From contig CAWGSK010000009.1 of assembly GCA_963825055.1 (NCBI GenBank), positions 32,001 through 96,000 on the forward strand: 64,000 nucleotides of DNA, given 5' to 3'. Below are positions 9,684 to 19,455 of the stretch, piece by piece. The position numbers were made by a program, and so were the translations under genes. The notes under the pieces are model-generated. The model did no database searches. It was given only the letters and a program-made list of their open reading frames with translations, and had not been told where the DNA came from. Numbering within the stretch: the first letter of the stretch is position 1; the number at the start of each line of letters is the position of its first letter. This stretch comes from an uncultured Gemmatimonadales bacterium (GTDB lineage: Bacteria > Gemmatimonadota > Gemmatimonadetes > Gemmatimonadales > GWC2-71-9).

Positions 9684-9860
9684 GGGAGTCGGGAGTCGGG
9701 AGTCGGGAGTCGGGAGTCGGGAAGGTACTTTCCGCCCAGGCACTAATCACTATTCACTAATCACTATTCGCCGGAAAATCGGACGCTGAATCGTCAAGTC
9801 GTTAAATCGTTGAGTCGCCTCTTTCACCGTTCACCGCTCACCGTTCACCGCTCCGTTCAC
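9684..9860. repeat. Compound repeat region: (GGGAGTC)5, (CACTAWT)4, degenerate (GTTGAGTC)4, (TTCACCG)4
   Basis: Arrays at 9684-9718, 9741-9768, 9785-9816 and 9823-9850 between convergent GT genes. Confidence 0.92.
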
Positions 9861-10846
9861 GCTGTTCCTGTCGCAACCACCGCCTTCATCCTGTGCATAT
9901 ACGTATGGTTGCCCAGTGCGCGGCGCCTGGCGGCCTGGGCCATGGCATCCCGCTCCGCGTGATGATACAGCGCGTGTTTTACCGCGGCGCGAAGGGCGGC
10001 CGGATCCTCCACTGCCAGCACTTCCTCTCCCGGCGCAAAGTGCCCGGACAGGTCATCTGTCGCATCCACGACCTGGGGGACGCCCATTGCCGCCGTCTCG
10101 AAGAGCCGCGCGGTGACCGTTCGGGGCGGGCCGTCCGGACCCGGCGCCTCACGCTGGAGCGTGACGGCTACCGTGCTCCCGGCGATGGCCCGGTTGGCGT
10201 CGTCGTCACTCAGCCGCTCGTCCAGGCAGTAATCCCGCAGCCCGGTACTCCGCCAACCGGCGCCCCACACGGTCAGCCCGAAGTCCCGCAGCTCCGCCAG
10301 CATCGACTCCCGCCACGGCGTGGCCTCGCCGACGAACGTCACGTTCGAGCGGAGCGGTGTCTCCCGCACGCGCATGGGCCGGTGCACTGACGGGTCGCAC
10401 CCGGGCGCCAGGGCGTCGAAGGCGCGGGATGCGTGCCCGCCGTACCACGCCGCAGCGGCGGTGCCCGGAAGCAGGACGTGATCGTAGCCGAGTACCGCCT
10501 CCGCCATCGCCTCGGGGTCGCCGGGAATGTCGGGGTACCAGTGGGTCCATCGGAGCGCGGCGGCGCCGGGAACGGCAGTAATCACGTCCCCGAGTACCGG
10601 CGCCCCACCCACCGTCAGCACGAGATCCGGGCCCCACCCCTCCAGCGCCCGGGCCAGGCGGTCCGCCGCCTTGCCACCCGTGAGCCGGGACCAGAGCCCG
10701 CCGCCATCCAGCCGGACCGCCCTCACGGTGCACCCCAGCCGCTCGAGCGCGCGCTGGAGCAGCGCGGCGTGCGGGTGCGAGCGCCTGGCATCGGCGTCGA
10801 GATACAGAACCTGCGGCTGGTGCGTGTCAGGCATGGCGTCCGGCAT
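9857..10846 (-). CDS. CgeB-like glycosyltransferase
   Basis: CDPSVHRP, VTFVG, VWGAGW, RLFETAAMG, HTYMHR motifs typical of the CgeB family; start could be 10834. Confidence 0.8.
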   Translation of the reverse strand: MPDAMPDTHQPQVLYLDADARRSHPHAALLQRALERLGCTVRAVRLDGGGLWSRLTGGKAADRLARALEGWGPDLVLTVGGAPVLGDVITAVPGAAALRWTHWYPDIPGDPEAMAEAVLGYDHVLLPGTAAAAWYGGHASRAFDALAPGCDPSVHRPMRVRETPLRSNVTFVGEATPWRESMLAELRDFGLTVWGAGWRSTGLRDYCLDERLSDDDANRAIAGSTVAVTLQREAPGPDGPPRTVTARLFETAAMGVPQVVDATDDLSGHFAPGEEVLAVEDPAALRAAVKHALYHHAERDAMAQAARRRALGNHTYMHRMKAVVATGTA

Positions 10847-10866
10847 CAGGGACAGGGCGGCGGCCG

Positions 10867-12687
10867 TCAGCCGGCGCTGACGGCCTCGTCGCGGAACTGA
10901 AGGTCGTGAAGGCGCCGGTAGAGACCGTTCCCGGCGTACAGCGCGTCGTGCGAGCCGGTCTCGACCACGCGGCCATCCCGCAGCACCACGATCAGGTCGG
11001 CGTGGCGGACAGTCGCAAGGCGGTGGGCGATGACAAGGACGGTGCGATCCTGCATGAGCCGGTCGATGGCTTCCTGCACCAGGCGCTCCGACTCCGCGTC
11101 GAGCGCGCTGGTGGCCTCGTCCAGGATCAGGATCGGGGGATCGCGCAGGAGTGCCCGGGCAATGGCGATGCGCTGGCGCTGGCCACCCGAGAGCCGGGTG
11201 CCTCGCTCGCCCAGCAGCGTTCCGTACCCGGCCGGCAGTTGCATGATGAACTCGTGCGCATTGGCCGCCCGCGCCGCCGCCTCCACCTGTTCCGCCGTCG
11301 CCTCGGGGCGGCCATAGCCGATGTTGGCGTGCACCGTGTCGTTCAGCAGCACGGTATCCTGGCTGACCACCCCCATCAGGCGCCGCAGCGACGAGCGATC
11401 GAGCCCGGTCGTGGGCGTCCCGTCCACCAGGACCGCTCCGGCGGTCGGATCATGAAACCGGGGGACCAGGTCCACCAGGGTGGTTTTCCCGGCGCCGCTC
11501 GGCCCCACGATGGCCACCACCGCTCCCTTCGGCACGCGGAAGCTCACATCCTGCAGCACGGGAGGGTCGGTACCGTAGGCGAAGGTGACGCCGTCGAACG
11601 CGATCTCCCGGCTGAATGCTGCCTCCGCCTCGCCCGGGCGCGGAGCTTCGTCCGCCGGCAGGTCGAGCAGCGCGAACACCCGCTCCGCGCTGGCCAGGGC
11701 CACCGCCATGACCGCCGGGAACTGCGTGAGGCTCTTGAGGGGGGACATCATCTTGAGCGCCGCCACCAGGAACACGATCAGGGCGCTGGCGCCGATGGCC
11801 TGGCCCCCCGTCCCGAAGGCGGGGCTGGTGCCGGCATAGATGATCAGGATCAGCATGAGCCCGCCGAATACCTCGCTCACGGGGCTCGTGAGGGAGCTGT
11901 ACCGCTGGGTGCGGATCACCTTCTTCCGGTAGTTCTCCGACTGGATGAGGAAGCGGGACGCCTCGGTCGTCTCGCCGCCGTAGGCCCGGATCAGCTTGAT
12001 CGCGCCGAGCCGCTCGGTGACGGTCGCGACGATCTCGCCGCGCTCGTGCGCCCGGTCGCGGCTGTGGCGCCGCAGCCGGCGGAGGAGGCCGCGGATCCCG
12101 ACGATGAGCACCGGCGCCATGGCGAGCGTGAGCACGGTGAGCTTCCAGCTCGTCAGCCACATCACCACCAGGGTGACGCTGATCATGATGAAGTTCTGGA
12201 AGAAGGAGGCGAGCGCCGCCGTCACCGCCGTCTTGGTGGTGTCCACGTCGCTCACGATGCCGGCAATGAGCTGGCCGCTCCGGGTGCGCTGGAAGAAGTC
12301 GAGGTCCAGCTTGAGCAGGTGCACGAAGAGACGCTGGCGCAGGTCACGCACCAGGCTTTCCTGCATGGCGACGTTGATCTGGCTCGACGCGTAGCTCATC
12401 GCATTCTTGAAGAGCAGCCCGAGCAGCAGGATGAAGACGACCCGTGCGGTGGCTTCCCCCGCCGTCGCCCCCTGGAGGACGGGCGCCATGAGCCATTCGG
12501 TCACCTGCTCGAGGCGCGTCCCCCCGCCCAGCGCGCCCGCGGTGCCGAACAGGGTCTTGAGCAGCGGGATGAGCACAATGACCGTGAAGCCGTCGAGCAC
12601 CGAGGCGAGGAACGCCGTCAGGAGCCCGAGGGCAAAGAGCCCCCAGTAGGGGCGCATGTAGCCGAGGAGTCGGCGCTCCGGCGACAC
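10867..12687 (-). CDS. msbA: MsbA-like ABC exporter (fused permease/ATPase), probable lipid A or glycolipid flippase
   Basis: TM domain plus Walker A GPSGAGKT, LSGGQRQR, ILDEATSALD; LPS-cluster context. Confidence 0.75.
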   Translation of the reverse strand: MSPERRLLGYMRPYWGLFALGLLTAFLASVLDGFTVIVLIPLLKTLFGTAGALGGGTRLEQVTEWLMAPVLQGATAGEATARVVFILLLGLLFKNAMSYASSQINVAMQESLVRDLRQRLFVHLLKLDLDFFQRTRSGQLIAGIVSDVDTTKTAVTAALASFFQNFIMISVTLVVMWLTSWKLTVLTLAMAPVLIVGIRGLLRRLRRHSRDRAHERGEIVATVTERLGAIKLIRAYGGETTEASRFLIQSENYRKKVIRTQRYSSLTSPVSEVFGGLMLILIIYAGTSPAFGTGGQAIGASALIVFLVAALKMMSPLKSLTQFPAVMAVALASAERVFALLDLPADEAPRPGEAEAAFSREIAFDGVTFAYGTDPPVLQDVSFRVPKGAVVAIVGPSGAGKTTLVDLVPRFHDPTAGAVLVDGTPTTGLDRSSLRRLMGVVSQDTVLLNDTVHANIGYGRPEATAEQVEAAARAANAHEFIMQLPAGYGTLLGERGTRLSGGQRQRIAIARALLRDPPILILDEATSALDAESERLVQEAIDRLMQDRTVLVIAHRLATVRHADLIVVLRDGRVVETGSHDALYAGNGLYRRLHDLQFRDEAVSAG

Positions 12688-14255
12688 TAGCGGCTGGCGC
12701 GCGGGGTCAGCAGCGCGAGGGGCAGGATCACTTCCTCCGGCGACACGCCGCCGTGAAGAAACGCGCCGCGGTACCGCGCCTGGTATTCCCGGAGCTTCGT
12801 CGGGTACACGAAGAACCGGTCACCCGTCGCCATCGCGAGACGGACGCCCGCCCCGCGCGCGGGGAGGCCCCACGCCGGCAGGTCGTCCACCAGCAACGCC
12901 GCGTCGGGATCCTGGGTGCGCAGGTTCTCCCCGAACTTGTAGCGGAGGTTCGCCGTCGCATCCCGTTTCGCGTAGATCGTCGCGGGCGTATGGCAGTGGA
13001 TGGAACCGTGGTCCGTGGTGAGCACGACGGGCACGCCCCGCCGGGCGGCCTCGCGCAGCGCCTCGAGCAGGGCCGAGCGTTCGAACCACGTGCGGGTGAG
13101 GCTCCGGAGCGCCGGCGTGTCCCGGGCAACCTCGAACAGCGTGGAGTTCTCGGTCCGGCCGTGCGTCAGCTGGTCGATGAAGTTGAAGACCAGCGCCGTC
13201 ACCCCCGGCTGGGAGAGATGGCCCGGCAGCCGTTTCAACAGGCTCTCGCCGTCCGCCGCGGTGAAGACCTTCTCGTACCGCACCGGCACCGGGCCGCCGG
13301 TCAGGTCCTTCATGTGCTCGCTGAGGAGTTCGGCCTCGTGCGCGTTCAGGCTGTTCTCGTCCTGGTTCTTCCAGAGCGTCGGGAACCGGCTCGCCAGTTC
13401 CACCGGGAACAGGCCCGAGAAGATCGCGTTGCGCGAATAGGGCGTCGCCGTCGGGAGGATCGAGAAGTAGCTCGCGGTCTCCACGTCGAAGATGGTCCCG
13501 ATCAGCGGCCGCAGGACCTCCCACTGGTCCATCCGCAGGCAATCCACCACCACGAGCATGGCGCGCCCCCGCTCGCGGAACACCGGCAGGAGGAACTCCG
13601 CGCCGATATCCACCGACAACGGGGGGCGGTCGCTCTCCTCATCGTTGAGCCAGGTGGCGTAGTGCCGCTCGAGGTAACGGGCGAAGTCCTGCCGGAGGCT
13701 GGCCTGGAGCGTGCCGAGCGCTTCCTGCAGCCCGGGCTCGTCCACGTCGCCGAGGCGCACTTCCCATTCCGCCAGCTCGGTGACCAGGTCGATCCACTCG
13801 CGCCAGGAGAGCCGGTCGCCGCGACGGGCTTCGAGGTCGCGGAACCTGGTCGCAAAATCACGGCTCAGCCGCTGCTGGCGGATCCGGTCGCCATCCAGCA
13901 GGCGGGTCACCACCGTGAGGATCTGCCGCGGGTTGACCGGCTTCACGAGATAGTCGGACACCTCGGCGCCGATGGCGTCCTTCAGGGTCTCGCTCTCCTC
14001 GCTTTTCGTCACCATCACGACCGGCATCGAGCGATCGATCAGGCGGATCTCACGGAAGAGGTCAAGCCCCCGGCGTCCCGGCATGTGTTCGTCGAGCAGG
14101 ACGATGCCGTACGACTGCCGCTGGAGCAGGACGAGCGCGTCGTCACCGTGGGCGGTCTTCTCGACCACGAAGCCGTGCTCCTCCAGGAAGAGGATCTGCG
14201 AGGTCAGGCTCTCGACCTCGTCATCGACCCAGAGGATGCTTTTGGGGCGTACCAT
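12687..14255 (-). CDS. PorX-like response regulator: receiver + PglZ (alkaline phosphatase superfamily) domain
   Basis: WVDDE/LLDEHMP/TKS/KP receiver motifs; VVDCLR, PTATPYSRNA, TTDHG, FLHGG PglZ motifs. Confidence 0.87.
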   Translation of the reverse strand: MVRPKSILWVDDEVESLTSQILFLEEHGFVVEKTAHGDDALVLLQRQSYGIVLLDEHMPGRRGLDLFREIRLIDRSMPVVMVTKSEESETLKDAIGAEVSDYLVKPVNPRQILTVVTRLLDGDRIRQQRLSRDFATRFRDLEARRGDRLSWREWIDLVTELAEWEVRLGDVDEPGLQEALGTLQASLRQDFARYLERHYATWLNDEESDRPPLSVDIGAEFLLPVFRERGRAMLVVVDCLRMDQWEVLRPLIGTIFDVETASYFSILPTATPYSRNAIFSGLFPVELASRFPTLWKNQDENSLNAHEAELLSEHMKDLTGGPVPVRYEKVFTAADGESLLKRLPGHLSQPGVTALVFNFIDQLTHGRTENSTLFEVARDTPALRSLTRTWFERSALLEALREAARRGVPVVLTTDHGSIHCHTPATIYAKRDATANLRYKFGENLRTQDPDAALLVDDLPAWGLPARGAGVRLAMATGDRFFVYPTKLREYQARYRGAFLHGGVSPEEVILPLALLTPRASR

Positions 14256-14335
14256 GGAGCCAAAGCTACACGGAACCGTGAGCGGCGAGCAACGCGCTGG
14301 CGCGGGACCGTGCGGGGCCCGTACATTCCCGCGCC

Positions 14336-15358
14336 GTGCCCAGTGCCCTGACCACCCCGCGCGTCCTGCTGATCCGGTTCAGCTCCATCGGCGACGTCCT
14401 GCTGACGACGCCGCTGGTCCGCGCCCTGCGGGCCCAGCTGCCCGGGGCCCGTCTCGCGTTCCTGACGAAACGGGCCTTCGTCCCGCTCGTCTCGGAACAT
14501 CCGGCACTGGACGACGTCATCGCGCTCGACCCGGGCACCGCGCTCAGCCGCCTTGCCCGGCGCCTGCGGGAGGAGCACTTCACCCACGTGCTCGATCTCC
14601 ACGGCAGCCTGCGGACGCGCGCCCTCCGCCTGCTCCTCCCCGCCCGCTGGCGCGGCTACCGGCACCACCGCGCCGCGCGGGAGATCCTGATCCGCACTCA
14701 CCGCGACGTCTATCCGCACCACCTGCCGGTCCCGGAGCGATACTTCCACGCCGCCCGGGATTTCGGCATCGCGCCGGACGGCGGTCCGCCGGAGTTCCAC
14801 CTGGACGAGACGGCTGAGGCCACCGCGCTGGGCTGGCTCGCCGACCGCGGCCTGGGCAGGTCCCGGCCGCTTGCCGCCCTGGCGCCCGGGGCGGCGCACG
14901 GTACCAAGCGGTGGCCCCGCGCGCACTGGGCGGCCGTCATCCCCATGCTCGTGGCGCGCGGCTGGGACTGCGTGCTGCTGGGCGGCCCGGCTGACCGTGC
15001 GCTGGCCGAGGGACTGGCAGTGGAGGCCGGGGAGCATGTGGCCAGCGCGGCAGGGCGGTTCGCCCTTCAGGAAACGGGCGCGGCCATCAGGGAGGCACGC
15101 TTTCTCGTCTCGGGAGACACCGGTGTGATGCACATGGCCACCGCCGTCGGCACGCCAGTGGTGGCGCTCTTCGGCCCGACCGTACGCCAGTTCGGCTTCT
15201 ACCCCTATCAGGCACCGCATGAGGTGCTGGAACAGTCCCTCGCCTGCCGTCCCTGCACCGCGTGGGGAGGCGAACGATGCCCGCTGGGGCACCATCGCTG
15301 CCTGGTGGACACGACGCCGGCCGCGGTGCTGGCCGCGGCGGGACGGCTGGCGGGATGA
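14336..15358 (+). CDS. GT9 ADP-heptose:LPS heptosyltransferase (WaaF-like)
   Basis: IRFSSIGDVLL, PGAAHGTKRWP, SGDTGVMHMATAVGTPVVALFGPT. Confidence 0.88.
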   Translation: MPSALTTPRVLLIRFSSIGDVLLTTPLVRALRAQLPGARLAFLTKRAFVPLVSEHPALDDVIALDPGTALSRLARRLREEHFTHVLDLHGSLRTRALRLLLPARWRGYRHHRAAREILIRTHRDVYPHHLPVPERYFHAARDFGIAPDGGPPEFHLDETAEATALGWLADRGLGRSRPLAALAPGAAHGTKRWPRAHWAAVIPMLVARGWDCVLLGGPADRALAEGLAVEAGEHVASAAGRFALQETGAAIREARFLVSGDTGVMHMATAVGTPVVALFGPTVRQFGFYPYQAPHEVLEQSLACRPCTAWGGERCPLGHHRCLVDTTPAAVLAAAGRLAG

Positions 15359-15717
15359 GCGAGATGACGGGCTGGCACCCGGCGGAGGTCGCGCTGGTGG
15401 AGCAGATGGCGGCCGCGGCCCGGGGGCCGAGGCGGGAGGGGCACTTCGCGCTCTGGCTGACCGTGCGGATCGCGCGGGAGATGCTGTCCGAGCCGAGGCC
15501 ACCTGACCGTGCCCTGCGCCGGCGGCTGCACGAGCTGGAGCGACGCCTCGCGACCCTCACGCTGCCCGCGCCGCTTCGACGGGGGATGACCGCCGCGATG
15601 CTGCACCTGAAACCGGGTACGCCGGACGCAGCCCGGGAAGCGCTCAGACTTCTGGCCGCCCCGGCCCGCGAGAGCCTGGGGGAGGCGGCGGCGGAAGCGT
15701 TGATGGGGGTGGTGTGA
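15355..15717 (+). CDS. Hypothetical helical protein (120 aa)
   Basis: ATGA overlap with the GT9 stop; GC-rich third positions; no recognisable motif. Confidence 0.65.
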   Translation: MSEMTGWHPAEVALVEQMAAAARGPRREGHFALWLTVRIAREMLSEPRPPDRALRRRLHELERRLATLTLPAPLRRGMTAAMLHLKPGTPDAAREALRLLAAPARESLGEAAAEALMGVV

Positions 15718-15721
15718 ATTC

Positions 15722-15783
15722 AAGGTCAAGGTCAAAGGTCGAAGGAGTACTTGAACGACCTTCGACCTTCGTCCCTCGACCCT
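15722..15783. repeat. Inverted heptamer arrays (AAGGTCR)n ... (CGACCTT)n between convergent genes
   Basis: AAGGTCGAAGG 15735-15745 is the exact reverse complement of CCTTCGACCTT 15759-15769; could serve as a bidirectional hairpin. Confidence 0.8.
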
Positions 15784-16237
15784 ACTTCACATCCACCGTG
15801 TCCGGCGGGGCTCGGGGCGGGGCCTTGAGGGTGTCCTGCGGCTTCGTCGCGACCGCCCCGGCCATCCGGATGATCGAGCCACCGGTGGCGCTGTCGGGCC
15901 GGATGGTGATCCAGATCGGCGGGCCGTTTCGCTCGGCGTAGATGGAGATCTCGCCGTCACGAGCGGTCTGGTCACTGATGAGGTTCCAGCCGCTCCCTGG
16001 AAGCGAGAGGCGGTAGTACTGCGCCACCACCGAGGCCGAGTCTGAACTCTGGAAGGTGAACTGCAGGGCTTCCTCGCCCCCCTCGCGCGAGAGTACCGCG
16101 GCGTTCGGCGGGAGGGGCATGTTCGGCAGCACGTCCTGGATGCGCGGCGTCTTCGGCGCATCGCTGCCGCACGCGGCGAGGGTCGTGCCGGCCATGACCA
16201 GGCTTCCTAAGAGCAAGTATCGCAGAGATATACGCAT
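15782..16237 (-). CDS. Hypothetical lipoprotein
   Basis: MRISLRYLLLGSLVMAGTTLAAC: signal peptide with LAAC lipobox. Confidence 0.7.
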   Translation of the reverse strand: MRISLRYLLLGSLVMAGTTLAACGSDAPKTPRIQDVLPNMPLPPNAAVLSREGGEEALQFTFQSSDSASVVAQYYRLSLPGSGWNLISDQTARDGEISIYAERNGPPIWITIRPDSATGGSIIRMAGAVATKPQDTLKAPPRAPPDTVDVK

Positions 16238-16388
16238 AGCGGAGCAGAGTACTTCCGGCCAGCCCCCGGGGTCAAGGTGTCGCGTTGCCCGGGGCATGGC
16301 CACCGGCTATGTTTTCCCCTCATCAAGGGGCGGCGCGTGCATCCTGGCCGCCGTCGCGACATCTTCGCCGGGGGCAAGGAGTTGGGCC

Positions 16389-17141
16389 ATGGCGGGCCAT
16401 AGCAAGTGGAAGCAGATCAAGCGCAAGAAGGCCATCACCGACGCCAAGCGCGCGTCCTCCTGGACCAAGGTCATCCGCGAAATCACCATCGCCGCCAAGA
16501 GCGGCGGAGGCGATCCCGCGGGCAACCCGCGGCTGCGCACCGCCATCGATGCGGCGAAGGCCGTGAACATGCCCAACGAGAACATCGACCGTGCCGTCAA
16601 GAAGGGCACCGGCGAGCTCGAGGGCAGTTCATATGAGGAGGTGACGTACGAGGGCTATGGCCCCGGCGGGGCCGCCATCTTCATCGAAGGCAGCACGGAC
16701 AACGCGAACCGCACGGTCGCCGACATCCGGCACGCGCTCTCCCGCAACGGGGGCAACCTCGGCGCCTCGGGCTCGGTCGCCTGGATGTTCGACAAGCGCG
16801 GCCAGATCTACCTGGACGCCGCGGGACATCCCGACGAGGACGCGGTGCTGGAGGCAGCGCTCGAGGCGGGGGCGGACGACTTCGTCCGCGAGGACGATCA
16901 GTACCTCGTGAGCACGTCACCCACCAGCTTCCACGCGGTGCAGGACCAGCTCCGGGAACGCGGCTTTGCCATTGCCTCGGCCGAACTGGCCATGGTTCCG
17001 AAGAACGAAGTGAAGGTCGAGGGCGCCGACCTCGAGACGCTGCTCCGCCTGATCGAGGCGCTGGAGGAGCTGGACGATGTCGCGCAGGTGTTCTCCAACT
17101 TCGATGCGGACGCCGCCCAGATGGCCGAGGCGTCCCGCTGA
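16389..17141 (+). CDS. yebC: YebC/PmpR family protein
   Basis: MAGHSKW start, NPRLR, YEGYGPGG, TDN.NRT; precedes ruvC. Confidence 0.95.
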   Translation: MAGHSKWKQIKRKKAITDAKRASSWTKVIREITIAAKSGGGDPAGNPRLRTAIDAAKAVNMPNENIDRAVKKGTGELEGSSYEEVTYEGYGPGGAAIFIEGSTDNANRTVADIRHALSRNGGNLGASGSVAWMFDKRGQIYLDAAGHPDEDAVLEAALEAGADDFVREDDQYLVSTSPTSFHAVQDQLRERGFAIASAELAMVPKNEVKVEGADLETLLRLIEALEELDDVAQVFSNFDADAAQMAEASR

Positions 17142-17154
17142 CCCGGCCCCGGCC

Positions 17155-17649
17155 ATGAAGGTGCTGGGGATCGACCCCGGCACCCATGTCATCGGGTACG
17201 GCGTACTCGAACCGACCCGGACCCGTACGCCCCGGCTGCTCGAGTGCGGCGTCCTCCGCACCGACGGCACCGCCCCGCTGGCCAACCGGCTCAAGACCAT
17301 CCACGACGGCATCAGTGAACTGCTCGTGCGGCACCGGCCCGACGTCATGGCGGTGGAAGGCATCTTCTACGCCCGGAATGCGCGGACCACGATGGTCCTG
17401 GGCCACGCCCGCGGGGTCATCCTGCTCTGCGCCGAGCAGGCGGGCGTCACAGTGGCGGAATACTCGCCCGCGATGGTCAAGAAGACCGTGGTCGGGCGGG
17501 GAGCCGCCATGAAGGACCAGGTCGGCTACATGGTGCAGCAGCTGCTGCGGCTCCAGCACCCGCCCGAGCCGGCCGACGCCGCCGATGGCGTGGCGATCGC
17601 GCTGACCCACCTGCTGCGCCTCGTCCCGCGCGCAGGCGCCCTGGCATGA
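17155..17649 (+). CDS. ruvC: Holliday junction resolvase RuvC
   Basis: LGIDPG, AVE, LGHARG, DAADGVAIA. Confidence 0.95.
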   Translation: MKVLGIDPGTHVIGYGVLEPTRTRTPRLLECGVLRTDGTAPLANRLKTIHDGISELLVRHRPDVMAVEGIFYARNARTTMVLGHARGVILLCAEQAGVTVAEYSPAMVKKTVVGRGAAMKDQVGYMVQQLLRLQHPPEPADAADGVAIALTHLLRLVPRAGALA

Positions 17650-18248
17650 TCGCGACCGTCACGGGCACTCTCACCGAACGCGTTGCCGACTCGATCGTCA
17701 TCGAGACCGAGGGCGGCGTCGGGTATGCGATCACGGTTCCGCTGGGCGTGTTCGAGCGACTGCCCGCGCCGGGAGCCAGGGTGCGGCTGTTCACCGAACT
17801 GGTGGTGCGCGAGGACGGATGGTTCCTTTTCGGATTCGACCGGCCGGCCGAGCGGGCCATCTTCCGGCGGCTGCTGACGGCGAGCGGGTTCGGCCCCCGG
17901 CTGGCCATGGCACTCCTCAGTACCCTCGGCCCGGAGCGGGCGGTGCGGAGCATCCAGGAGCGCGACATCGCGGCCCTCGCGACCGTGAGCGGTATCGGAA
18001 AGAAGAAGGCGGAGAAGCTGGTGGTGGAGCTGCAGGACCGGTTCAAGGACTTCACCGTGGAAAGCGCCACGGGGCGCTCCGCCACGGCCGGCGACGCGGT
18101 GCAGGCCCTGGTGGCCCTCGGCTATTCGGTCGCGGCGGCCGAGGAAGCCGTCCGCCATTCCCTCGCGACGGACGGGGCGGAAGAACCCGCTCTGGTGGTG
18201 CGCCGCGCCCTGCAGTGGATCACGACCTCACGGGGAGGCAAGGCATGA
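17646..18248 (+). CDS. ruvA: Holliday junction branch migration protein RuvA
   Basis: GGVGY, VRED..LFGF, SGFGPRLA, SGIGKKKAE. Confidence 0.95.
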   Translation: MIATVTGTLTERVADSIVIETEGGVGYAITVPLGVFERLPAPGARVRLFTELVVREDGWFLFGFDRPAERAIFRRLLTASGFGPRLAMALLSTLGPERAVRSIQERDIAALATVSGIGKKKAEKLVVELQDRFKDFTVESATGRSATAGDAVQALVALGYSVAAAEEAVRHSLATDGAEEPALVVRRALQWITTSRGGKA

Positions 18249-18421
18249 CTGTCGCGGCCCGGACGGCTGAGTGGATCTGCACCAACTGCGGCTCGACCAA
18301 CCGCAAGCTGGTGCCATTCGGCGTGGAGGAGATCGAGGACCGGTGCGTCTCGTGCGGGAAGAAGCACGACGTCCGGATCAATGAGCGCCCGGTTCGCTGG
18401 GACGCCAGCCAGGCCCGCTGA
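18245..18421 (+). CDS. Small zinc-ribbon protein (58 aa)
   Basis: [62 protein letters not shown] overlap with ruvA, TGATG overlap with ruvB, GGAGG upstream. Confidence 0.8.
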   Translation: MTVAARTAEWICTNCGSTNRKLVPFGVEEIEDRCVSCGKKHDVRINERPVRWDASQAR

Positions 18422-19455
18422 TGACCGATCGCGCCCGGCTCCAGGTCACCACCCCCGACGTGATCCCCGAGGAATCCGGTGCCGAGATGGCGCTGCGCCC
18501 CTCGCGGCTCGATGAGTTCGTGGGGCAGGAGCAGGTGCGCGCGTCGCTGCAGATCGCCATCGACGCCGCGCGTGGCCGTGGCGAGACGCTCGACCATCTC
18601 CTCTTCTTCGGCCCGCCCGGCCTTGGCAAGACGACCCTCGCCATGCTGGTCGCGCGGGAGATGGGGGTGGAGATCCGGACGACCTCCGGCCCCGTCCTGG
18701 AGAAGGCCGGTGACCTGGTCGGGCTGCTCACGAGCCTGGGAACGGGCGACGTGCTGTTCATCGACGAGATCCACCGGCTCCGCCCCGCCCTGGAGGAGTT
18801 TCTGTACCCCGCCATGGAAGACTACCGGGTGGACGTCCGCATCTCCGACGGGCCGCGGGCGCAGACCATCCCGATGAACATCGAGCGCTTCACCCTGATC
18901 GGCGCGACTACCCGCTTCGGCCTGCTCACACCGCCGATGCGGGCCCGATTCGGCATGGTGGAACGGCTCAACTTCTACCCGCCGGAAGACCTCCAGCGCA
19001 TCGTCACGCGCAGCGCGTCCATCCTGGACGTCCCGACTGACACCGACGGCGCCGTCGAGATCGCCCGGAGGAGCCGGGGCACGCCGCGCGTCGCCAACCG
19101 GCTCCTCCGGCGGGTGCGGGACTACGCCCAGGTCCGGGCCGACGGCCGGATCACCGGCGATGTCGCGCGCGAAGCCCTCGCCCGGCTCAATGTGGACGAG
19201 TTCGGCCTCGACGACATGGACGCACGGATCCTCACCACGATCATCGAGAAGTTCGGCGGCGGCCCGGTGGGGCTCGGCACGGTCGCGGTTGCGGTGGGCG
19301 AGGACCCGGGCACCCTCGAGGAAGTGTACGAGCCCTACATGATCCAGCAGGGGTTCCTCGAGCGCACCCCGCGCGGCCGTTGCGCCACCGCGCTCGCGTA
19401 CCAGCGGTTCGGCTACCGCCCTCCCGACCGGCAGGCATCGATCTTTGACGGCTGA
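18421..19455 (+). CDS. ruvB: Holliday junction DNA helicase RuvB
   Basis: [40 protein letters not shown]. Confidence 0.97.
   Translation: MTDRARLQVTTPDVIPEESGAEMALRPSRLDEFVGQEQVRASLQIAIDAARGRGETLDHLLFFGPPGLGKTTLAMLVAREMGVEIRTTSGPVLEKAGDLVGLLTSLGTGDVLFIDEIHRLRPALEEFLYPAMEDYRVDVRISDGPRAQTIPMNIERFTLIGATTRFGLLTPPMRARFGMVERLNFYPPEDLQRIVTRSASILDVPTDTDGAVEIARRSRGTPRVANRLLRRVRDYAQVRADGRITGDVAREALARLNVDEFGLDDMDARILTTIIEKFGGGPVGLGTVAVAVGEDPGTLEEVYEPYMIQQGFLERTPRGRCATALAYQRFGYRPPDRQASIFDG

Noticed and set aside
12687..14255. BREX anti-phage system suggested by the PglZ domain
   Set aside because: PglZ is fused to a receiver domain (PorX architecture); no brxC/pglX/brxL nearby, and the Lon-N gene at 57705 is unrelated.
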